A stretch of DNA of 64,000 nucleotides from Candidatus Micrarchaeota archaeon. Its GTDB lineage: Archaea > Micrarchaeota > Micrarchaeia > Anstonellales > Anstonellaceae. Below the pieces are notes generated by a model. That model saw only the letters and a list, made by a program, of their open reading frames with translations. It did not search any database and was not told the DNA's origin. The position numbers were made by a program, and so were the translations under genes. Shown in pieces: positions 50,401-57,135 of the stretch. The stretch's first letter is position 1, and every line of letters begins with the position of its first letter. Location of the stretch: contig JAOAJL010000001.1 of assembly GCA_026414185.1 (NCBI GenBank), positions 545 through 64,544 on the forward strand, written 5' to 3'.

Positions 50401-51467
50401 TCCGCTTGCGAAAGGCGCATCTGGCAGAAATCCAGCCTCTCCTTTGCCAAAAGATAGCCGCTTAGGATTCCTGAGAAGCCGCTACCGGCTATTGAGCGGT
50501 TTGCAGCGGTTCCGATGGGCGGCTCACCAATCAGCTCAAGCTTCTGCTTGGAAAGCCACGAAACCTCCTGTGAAAGCTCGGAAACTGCTTGGCTGGCGGA
50601 GGCGCGCGAATCCACATATTCCTTTTCCATGTTCCGCTTGGCTTGCGAAAGCTCCCCGTAAAGCCTCGCCAGCCGCAGAAGGGTGGAATTGCCACCGCTT
50701 CCGTAGGCGGCAGAAACATAGCCTGGAAAGCCGGCTTGGGAAAAGTCAGGGAATGCGGGCTTGCTTGCGAAGTAGCTGCTTATCCCGCGCGCCTTTTGGG
50801 GCGCGCACAGCTCCTCTTGGCTGGAAAGGAGGGAGCGGGCGTAAAAGTAAGGTTGCTTTGCCTTTCCGCTGTAGCTTGGCTTTCCCGCCCCAGCAGCTTC
50901 AAGTTCAGCCATTTTCCTGTCAGCAAGTTCGCCCACCTCAAAGCCCGCCATGCGCGCATAATCAAGCGAGTCGGCGGTGCTGGAGAGGGTGGCTGAAAAA
51001 AGCTTCGGGTAGGAAGTCACGTAAAGATAGAGATTGTAGATGATTCCCACGCCGCTTGCGCGGATTGTAAAATCGGTCAAGTCCGCTATTTTCTGCGTGC
51101 CGCCCAAGACGCGTCGCGCCTCTTCCCTTGACTGCTTGGCTGAAAGCAGTGCGTTGCCTGCTTTTGAAAGGAGGGTGGATGCGCCTTCCAGGCTCTGCCT
51201 GTCCTGCGAGGGGACGGACTCCAAAAGCGCCTGCGGGCTTTCAAGCCAGAGGCTTTCAAGCTCAAGGCTTGAAAGGGACCGGTCAAGCTCTGGCTTGTAT
51301 ATGTCAACTGGCCCAAGATGGTAAAGGTTTGGGTTTTGCGACCAGTAAAGTGGCGAAAGCCAGAATCTTTCAACCGCGCCGCCCTCAAAGCAGCCGGAGA
51401 ATGAGGCGGGACTTAAAATAGGCAGGAGAAAAAACAGGACAAGGAGGCACCTCCCTCTCACCTCCAT
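47466..51467 (-). CDS. Giant (1333 aa) secreted, C-terminally anchored, mostly alpha-helical surface protein
   Basis: Signal MEVRGRCLLVLFFLLPILSPASFSGC. More than 1000 aa are Ala/Leu/Ser/Glu/Gln-rich helical sequence with TPR-like hairpin motifs. A beta-rich insert spans about aa 645-905. C-terminal TM LLLWGVSLIFVLAASYYFLFAG + Lys/Pro tail. Confidence 0.7.
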   Translation of the reverse strand: MEVRGRCLLVLFFLLPILSPASFSGCFEGGAVERFWLSPLYWSQNPNLYHLGPVDIYKPELDRSLSSLELESLWLESPQALLESVPSQDRQSLEGASTLLSKAGNALLSAKQSREEARRVLGGTQKIADLTDFTIRASGVGIIYNLYLYVTSYPKLFSATLSSTADSLDYARMAGFEVGELADRKMAELEAAGAGKPSYSGKAKQPYFYARSLLSSQEELCAPQKARGISSYFASKPAFPDFSQAGFPGYVSAAYGSGGNSTLLRLARLYGELSQAKRNMEKEYVDSRASASQAVSELSQEVSWLSKQKLELIGEPPIGTAANRSIAGSGFSGILSGYLLAKERLDFCQMRLSQAEMLVDAKPSGYLADAISYAKEAEGTARASFYSAKLVRSSAEAAVEAQRVLAQKALADAEKTASALQPDAFGLADVEHARRLIAQARQKIDSADARATLGEKFSDYKEALALVSGAKAAIGRSAWQPDVEEAKRAITELKSVLEKAGSDGLDVEYELSLAADYEKILSSASSPFTAQQILQAAKAEKERALFRLYEKYRPAEDDYGKVAQLVSAIREQEPLFLQKFDALSQFFSSGKLDAIKAVGQLKRIRQDLSDFYAEAQKKLPLYLSALLSKNSVTQELAETPILGKPTRYFASITTRNPSEFGYSGKLKFNARTALPLYSPDFSYGDAFADAYPEGQKTAIVLDGVEPFSSFHLAFERTEQPAQIVQSSEECHLALPEGAEIARIVQFTSSRPLGALLVQEEVPPSARQARLSFAGRAFDAQISGGKVEGAVGPVQQGRNSLLLQMLVGEPFSIVRKEANYEALPSGARKALLRVEVVPSIDCDAAVVRIYEPAGEISRLSVSPLSSSRVSAQYSVSGGSGTFIIFSIQPIKKGMAEQFIISYEEKDAEAGLAAGFEQAEAQVRLYGRAKDSARLMQARQLAAANRTQEALSILAQIGQEGFALAYRYADYQSYLSENESAAGLLSELEKTVQELLPSIPQQAALLSKISQGLSPSLSEAAAKAEEGEYQKAASMLAKARADASEALAELCWKNSKEASESYAQARKMPMVDEGLLSEAEGLISLSQRRYAEGKALQSFVLSSQAIGLLAQASKISQDAQRSAASQTAQIAEKFALLRKTADEMLFTYSSTYSALEGASKKQLPLTPAAIQKSLSELDRSMQQASSGKLGAQGSLELANKTLAGLQGLADSIESSLAYVKQSAASQLSVAKASLSESRQKASEEEKGELSQIEQEVSAADALFSEGLYAQSLMASKRAIGAASAFLSKKSGAGTDAKTLLLWGVSLIFVLAASYYFLFAGSKKPPEKKALPKKEG

Positions 51468-51497
51468 AAGAAAAATTCGCAGGAGAAATTATTATTG

Positions 51498-52160
51498 CTA
51501 TCGTGCAGGCTCCAAGATGCGCACGTCCACCTTTCCGCCCGTCTTCTGCTCAACTGCGGATTTGAACTTTGCGGGGTCTGCTTTTGTTTCCGCAAGGTAG
51601 TTGAAGTGATAGGGAATCGCGACTTTTGGAGCTATCGCGGCGATGGCTTCCGCGGCTTCTGCCTCGTCCATCGTGTATTTTCCGCCGATTGGGACGACGG
51701 CAATATCGCACCTGTAGCCCTTCATCTCGGGTATGAAATCCGTGTCGCCTGCCACATAGACGGATGCGGTTCTGAACCGGATTATATAGCCAACCCCCTC
51801 GCCTTTCGGGTGGAAGGGCTTTCCGATATTGTAGGCTGGCACGGCTTCAATGGAGACCGGACCTGCCTTTTCTTTTGAGCCTATCTCCAGCAACCGGATT
51901 GGGAGCTTGCAGCTTTTGGCGCCCATTAGAACAGTGGAGTGCTTTGTTATTGAAGGCGCGCTTACGCAGTGGTCAAAGTGCCCGTGTGTATAAAGTATCA
52001 GGTCAGCTTCCCTGCTTCCTTTCGGCACTACGTATGGGTCAACATAGACTGCAATCCCGTCGCCTTCAAGCAAAACAGAGGCGTGCCCAAGCCACGTCAG
52101 CTTCACTCCTGAGAAAATGGTGCTTGATGCCATTGCATCCCCGAAATGGTTCCGAAGCAT
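51498..52160 (-). CDS. Metallo-beta-lactamase-fold hydrolase (UPF0173-like)
   Basis: LTWLGHASVLL, YTHGHFDH (HxHxDH), YVAGDT, IPYHFN. Confidence 0.75.
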   Translation of the reverse strand: MLRNHFGDAMASSTIFSGVKLTWLGHASVLLEGDGIAVYVDPYVVPKGSREADLILYTHGHFDHCVSAPSITKHSTVLMGAKSCKLPIRLLEIGSKEKAGPVSIEAVPAYNIGKPFHPKGEGVGYIIRFRTASVYVAGDTDFIPEMKGYRCDIAVVPIGGKYTMDEAEAAEAIAAIAPKVAIPYHFNYLAETKADPAKFKSAVEQKTGGKVDVRILEPAR

Positions 52161-52204
52161 CCTTTTTTATCTTTTGGCTATAAGAAACTGGCGCTGGAGG
52201 TATC

Positions 52205-53428
52205 TTGGTGGGCAGTGATGTTTATGACGCCATAGTTGTAGGCGGGGGGCCTGCCGGCTCAACTGCTGCTTCGTTTCTTTCAAAGAAGGGAAGGCGCGTG
52301 CTTCTTTTGGAAAAGGAGAGCTGGCCTCGGGACAAGACCTGCGGGGATGCGGTTTCCGGCAAGGCGGTCGGCATACTTGCTGAGCTTGGGCTGACGCAGC
52401 AGCTTGAGGCTGCGCCCCACGCAGAAGTTTTTGGGCTGACCTTCTCCTCGCCTGAAGGCAGGCAGGTCAGCATCCCTTTTGCGCAGGGCGAAGAAAACAT
52501 AACAAAGGGGTATGTATGCCGCAGGGTTGTTTACGACCATATTCTCTGGAAGAACGCTTCATCCCTCTGCGAAGCTGTTGAGGGGGCGGAAGCCGTATCT
52601 CTGATAATGCAGGGCGGCAAGGCGGCTGGTGTGAGGGCAAAAACGAAAAGCGGCGAGAGGGAATTTTTCGGCAGGCTGATAATCGGCGCAGATGGGGTTT
52701 ATTCCGTGGTTGCCCGGCAAGCCTGCGGAAGGACTGTGGAGCCGGCGCATTCAAGCATAGCCTACCGCGCCTATTACGAAGGCGTGACTGGGATGAACGG
52801 CACGCTGGAGGTGCATTTTGAAAAGTCCATAATGCCCGGCTATTTCTGGATATTCCCTGCTGAAAACGGAGCGGCAAATGTCGGCGCAGGAATGCTCATG
52901 TCGGATGTTTCTGCCAGGAAAATAAACCTGGCTGCCGCTATGGAGAGGATAACGACCCAAAATCCGCTTTTTAAAGAGAGATTTGCGGGCGCAAGGCGCA
53001 TAAGCCCCCTGAAAGCCTGGCAAATCCCGCTTGGCTCAAAGCGCAGGAAAATTCACGCCGACAATGTCCTGCTTGTGGGAGACGCCGCTTGCCTTGTTGA
53101 CCCGTTTTCCGGCGAGGGGATGGGCAACGCAATGCTTTCAGGTAAGATTGCCGCCGAGGTTGCCGATGAGGCGCTGCAGGCGCAGGACACAGGCGAAGCT
53201 TTTCTGTCGCGCTATCCGCAGAGGCTTTGGAAGGAGATTGGCAACGAGCTTGCCACAAGCTACACTATGCAGAGGCTTGGGAAGAACCAGTGGCTTTTGA
53301 ACTTTGTGATAGGCAAGGCTGCGACAAGCAAAAAGGCGCGCGACGCCATCGCAAGCACCTTCTCAAGCAAGAAGGCAAGAAGCGACTACCTCTCCCCGCT
53401 TTTTTACCTAAAGCTCCTGTTCTCATGA
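52205..53428 (+). CDS. Geranylgeranyl reductase family FAD-dependent oxidoreductase (digeranylgeranylglycerophospholipid reductase-like)
   Basis: YDAIVVGGGPAGSTAA dinucleotide motif, RDK.CGD, LVGDAA..V.P.SGEG. TTG/GTG start. Confidence 0.85.
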   Translation: MVGSDVYDAIVVGGGPAGSTAASFLSKKGRRVLLLEKESWPRDKTCGDAVSGKAVGILAELGLTQQLEAAPHAEVFGLTFSSPEGRQVSIPFAQGEENITKGYVCRRVVYDHILWKNASSLCEAVEGAEAVSLIMQGGKAAGVRAKTKSGEREFFGRLIIGADGVYSVVARQACGRTVEPAHSSIAYRAYYEGVTGMNGTLEVHFEKSIMPGYFWIFPAENGAANVGAGMLMSDVSARKINLAAAMERITTQNPLFKERFAGARRISPLKAWQIPLGSKRRKIHADNVLLVGDAACLVDPFSGEGMGNAMLSGKIAAEVADEALQAQDTGEAFLSRYPQRLWKEIGNELATSYTMQRLGKNQWLLNFVIGKAATSKKARDAIASTFSSKKARSDYLSPLFYLKLLFS

Positions 53429-54507
53429 GTGATGGCATGCGCAGCATTCTTGGTGCCGGACCTGCAGGGCTGACCTGCGCAATAAACCTTGCCAAGAGCG
53501 GCGAGAGGGTAAAGGTTTATGAGATACGCAAGGACGTCGGGATGCGCTTCCACCCCAACCTGCAGGGGCTGAAATACCTCTACATGCCTCCCGAGGAATT
53601 CATGGCGAAGATGGGCATAGGCGCCAGGATAGAATACCGATATTTTCCAAAGGCATACATCTGCACGAGAAAGCGCGAAATTGAATTTGACATGAGCGGG
53701 CGCCCGCTTTTGCCGTTTGTGGAAAGAGGGGGGCGCAATTCGCTTGAATACCGGCTTTATGAGGAGGCGCTTTCGCTTGGGGTGGAGTTTGAGTTTGGCT
53801 CAAAAAGACAGGAAAGGGAGGTTGACGTGGTGGCAAGCGGAGCCAAGAGGGCGGACGCGGCGGCTGTTGGGAGGATTTATGAGGATACAGATTTTCCACG
53901 CGACCACTATCTTGTGATGTTTGACGACAGGTTTTCCCCGAAAGGATGGTATTCCTACATCATCCCCACGGGCAAGGATGTTGTGGAGTTTGTCACTTGT
54001 GTTTCAAAGCCCTACATCCCGCTTCTTCACAAGCTTCTTGACAAGGCGATTTTGGAGCGCAGGATAATTGGGGATTTTCTGGCTGGCAAAAAGATACTGG
54101 CAAGTTTTGGCGGCGCAGGCGGAGTCTGGATTCCAAAGACAGCTGTGAAAGAGGGGCGCTATTATGTCGGAGAAGCCGCGGGCTTTCAAGATGCTTTTAT
54201 GGGATTTGGCATAACCCATGCGATAAGGTCCGGCAAGTTTGCGGCTGATGCTATGGTTGGTAAGGGCAATTATGATGCGATGTGGAAACGCGAGATTCTG
54301 CCCTACATGAGAAAGGATTTCGCATGGCGCTTTCCTGCGGCGATATTGGGGGATTGGGTAATAGAGCTTGGAATGCGGAAATACTCCGACAAGAACCGCG
54401 GCGACCTTTCAGGAGCAATCCCTGAGAAAAGCTGGTGGTACAAGCCGGCTGAAGCGATCTGCTTTCATCTGGAGCAGCTGCACTACGCGCTTAGTGGCAG
54501 CTGGTAG
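53425..54507 (+). CDS. FAD-dependent oxidoreductase, divergent geranylgeranyl-reductase-like paralog
   Basis: ILGAGPAGLTCA Rossmann motif and VGEAAGFQDAFMGFG. ATGA overlap with the upstream reductase. Confidence 0.65.
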   Translation: MSDGMRSILGAGPAGLTCAINLAKSGERVKVYEIRKDVGMRFHPNLQGLKYLYMPPEEFMAKMGIGARIEYRYFPKAYICTRKREIEFDMSGRPLLPFVERGGRNSLEYRLYEEALSLGVEFEFGSKRQEREVDVVASGAKRADAAAVGRIYEDTDFPRDHYLVMFDDRFSPKGWYSYIIPTGKDVVEFVTCVSKPYIPLLHKLLDKAILERRIIGDFLAGKKILASFGGAGGVWIPKTAVKEGRYYVGEAAGFQDAFMGFGITHAIRSGKFAADAMVGKGNYDAMWKREILPYMRKDFAWRFPAAILGDWVIELGMRKYSDKNRGDLSGAIPEKSWWYKPAEAICFHLEQLHYALSGSW

Positions 54508-54776
54508 GGCTCAGGAAACCTTCTTTTCCCTTCTGAGAGATTTGTAGGCAAACTCCGTCGCGCCTGCCATGTAGGAAGTAAGGAGGGTTCCTGCCGGGTC
54601 AGGAGTGATTCCGTATCTTTTCCAAACCCTCTCAACATAAATGCGAACTGCGGAAAGCAGCATCTCCGCCGGGATTATCGCGCCTGCGGCATAAAGGGGA
54701 AAACAAACTGTGCGACTGCCAGGGATGGCTTTGACGTGTCGCTCCGCGCCTCTTGCGCCGGAGAGATAGCGGACAA

Positions 54777-55604
54777 CTAAACCTTGTCTTCTTCGCCCTT
54801 TTTCTTCTCCTTGCGCTCAAACTCCACGATTTCTTCCATTGAAACGGTGTCGTCGTGCTTTTTCATGTAAGGCTCAAGCTCCGCCTGTCTCTGCCTGCGC
54901 TTTTCCTCGCGCACGCGCTGCTTGAGCTGCTCAAATCTTGCCTGCCGAAGCTGCTGCCTTTTCTTCTCCCTTTCCTGCCGCAGTTTGAGCCTCTGCTCGT
55001 AAGCCGCCTTTCTTTCTGCAACCAGCTGGGCGTATTTCTCATCGCATTTTTTCCTTGCCTGCGCCAATTCGTGCTCAAGGGAGCGAATCTCAGACATTAC
55101 TGCGCGCAGGTTCTTTCTTGCCTCTTCAAGCGCGCGGCGGGCGGAATCAAGCTCCTTGTGCTTGGAAAGCTCCTGCCTTATCTGCCGCAGCCTCTTGAGA
55201 AGCTCCTTTTCTTTTTTCGGCGTGTATGCCTCTGTTGAGATTGAGAACTCTATGCGGGCTGCCTCCTCTGCGAGCTTCATTGTGTGGGAGGCGCCTTTGC
55301 CGCGCAAGGCAGGCATTATCTCCGCTATCTTCTTGCGCGCTTGGCTTGCCTGCTCGTTTTTTTGCTTGAGAAGCTCTATTATTGACTGGCGCTGGGAAAC
55401 AAGCGCGTCAAATTCTACCTCAAGGGCGGTTTTTTGCCTTTGGGCTTTCTGTGGGCTTGGCGGGGGGAGGAGAATCGGCTTTTTCTCTTCGCAAAGAAGG
55501 GGCGCCTGTTTTTCTTGTTCTTGCGGTATCTCCGCTATCTCTTTTATGCCGGCTGGAAGCGAAGACAAATCCGGCTGCCCTTTGAGCTTTTTTTGCGGCT
55601 CCAA
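54777..55604 (-). CDS. Archaeal coiled-coil protein (COG1340-like)
   Basis: 275 aa, almost entirely heptad-like Lys/Glu/Arg/Gln-rich helices with a central IEFSISTEAYTPKKEKELLKRL segment. Family assignment is from memory. Confidence 0.6.
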   Translation of the reverse strand: MEPQKKLKGQPDLSSLPAGIKEIAEIPQEQEKQAPLLCEEKKPILLPPPSPQKAQRQKTALEVEFDALVSQRQSIIELLKQKNEQASQARKKIAEIMPALRGKGASHTMKLAEEAARIEFSISTEAYTPKKEKELLKRLRQIRQELSKHKELDSARRALEEARKNLRAVMSEIRSLEHELAQARKKCDEKYAQLVAERKAAYEQRLKLRQEREKKRQQLRQARFEQLKQRVREEKRRQRQAELEPYMKKHDDTVSMEEIVEFERKEKKKGEEDKV

Positions 55605-55635
55605 GCATTCACCATTTTGTTGTTTTTTGTGTGTG

Positions 55636-55643
55636 TTTATATA
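55636..55643 (-). promoter_or_regulatory. TATA box for the coiled-coil protein gene
   Basis: TTTATATA lies 32-39 nt upstream of ATG 55604 in the only strongly AT-rich stretch of the region. A second ATTTATATATAT is at 55649-55660. Confidence 0.4.
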
Positions 55644-55792
55644 GAAACATTTATATATATGACCACTGCAATCATCTCTCAGAGGAAATGCCCGTCTTCT
55701 ATTCTGTCTCTGACAGAAAACTGGTCGCCTTGCCTGCGCGCAAAACGCGCAGGCCTTCTTTTGTTAAAACCGCCAGCGCGAGCCATACGCGG

Positions 55793-56008
55793 CTATTTCG
55801 CGCCTTCCTTTTTATTTGTTTTATCTTTTGCCCCAAGCTCCCTGATTGAACCGACAAGCAGCCACTCGCGCAGCTGCTCAATCAGTATGAGCGCAAGCAC
55901 TGCGCCAAGCCGCAATGCCTTGTCCTGGCTGTCAAGAATGATAAAGATGCAGAATGCCGCAGGAAGCAAAAGCAAAAACCGCGCGCCGAAAGCCTTGTGA
56001 AAGTCCAT
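55793..56008 (-). CDS. Small hypothetical membrane protein (71 aa, 2 TM)
   Basis: MDFHKAFGARFLLLLPAAFCIFIILD...LGAVLALILIEQL... Co-oriented, 31 nt downstream of gap. Weak support. Confidence 0.35.
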   Translation of the reverse strand: MDFHKAFGARFLLLLPAAFCIFIILDSQDKALRLGAVLALILIEQLREWLLVGSIRELGAKDKTNKKEGAK

Positions 56009-56039
56009 CCGAAAAACACCGCATGCCGCCTGCAGATTC

Positions 56040-57050
56040 TCAGAACATTATAAGCGCCATGTCTATCATGCGGTTTGAAAAGCCCCACTCGTTGTCATAC
56101 CATGAGAGCACTTTGCACGTTCGCCCGATTGCGATTGTGGAGAGGGCGTCAAAGATTGAGGATGCTGGATTGTGCACGATGTCTTGGCTGACAAGCGGCT
56201 CTTCGCTGTATTCAAGCACCCCTTTCATCTTGCCCTCTGCCGCCTTCTTCATAGCGGCGTTGATTTCCTCCTTTTTTGCCTCTTTTGAAAGGAGGCACGT
56301 CAGGTCGTTTATTGAGCCGACTGGGATTGGCACGCGCAAGGCAAGCCCGTCCATCTTCCCCTTCAGCTTCGGTATGACCTCGCCTATTGCCTTTGCCGCG
56401 CCCGTGGAGGTCGGAATTATGTTGATTGCGCCTGCGCGCGCCCGGCGGAAGTCCTTGTGGAAGGCGTCAAGTATGAGCTGGTCGTTTGTGTAGGCGTGGC
56501 AGGTGGTCATGAAGCCCGATTCTATCCCGAAATTGTCGTCCAGGACCTTGGCGACCGGCGCAAGGCAGTTTGTAGTGCAGGAACCTATTGAAACTATGTT
56601 GTGCTTTTTCTTGTCGTATTTTTCTTCGTTAACGCCGATTACTATCGTGGCGTCCGCCTCTCCGCCTTTGCAGGGGGCAGAGATGAGCACTTTCTTTGCG
56701 CCCGCCTGGATGTGCTTTGAAGCCCCCGCCCTGTCGGTGAAGGCGCCTGTGCATTCCATCACCAAATCAACACCGAGCTTTGCCCAGGGAAGGGTTGATG
56801 GGTCCCTGCTTGAAGTGAGGGCTATCTCATAGCCGTCAATGATGAATTTGCCTTCCTTGGCGACAGCGGTGCCAGCGTATTTCCCCTGCGTTGAGTCGTG
56901 CCTGAAAAGGTGCATGGCGAGCGCTGGCTCGTGGGTGTCGTTTATGGCGACTATCTCAAATTTCTTGCCTACAAGCCGCCGTTCAAAAGCCGCTCGCGTG
57001 ACGAGCTTGCCTATTCTCCCAAATCCGTTAATTGCAATCCGAATTGCCAT
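56040..57050 (-). CDS. gap: Glyceraldehyde-3-phosphate dehydrogenase, class I (bacterial/eukaryotic type)
   Basis: INGFGRIG, SCTTNCLAP (catalytic Cys), WYDNEWG. Confidence 0.9.
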   Translation of the reverse strand: MAIRIAINGFGRIGKLVTRAAFERRLVGKKFEIVAINDTHEPALAMHLFRHDSTQGKYAGTAVAKEGKFIIDGYEIALTSSRDPSTLPWAKLGVDLVMECTGAFTDRAGASKHIQAGAKKVLISAPCKGGEADATIVIGVNEEKYDKKKHNIVSIGSCTTNCLAPVAKVLDDNFGIESGFMTTCHAYTNDQLILDAFHKDFRRARAGAINIIPTSTGAAKAIGEVIPKLKGKMDGLALRVPIPVGSINDLTCLLSKEAKKEEINAAMKKAAEGKMKGVLEYSEEPLVSQDIVHNPASSIFDALSTIAIGRTCKVLSWYDNEWGFSNRMIDMALIMF

Positions 57051-57135
57051 CTGAGCACCCCCTAAGCCCTTCTTGCCGCAATATCGGACGCAATTTATTA
57101 ATTAGCTTGCCTGTTGGAACTACTTTGCTGGTTTG

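Noticed and set aside
54508-54776. SRP RNA or another structured ncRNA in the long spacer
   Set aside because: The conserved helix-8 motif (GGAA tetraloop followed by the AGCA-type loop) could not be matched. Only a short CTGC-GGAAA-GCAG hairpin is present. The region reads better as a degraded or small coding frame.
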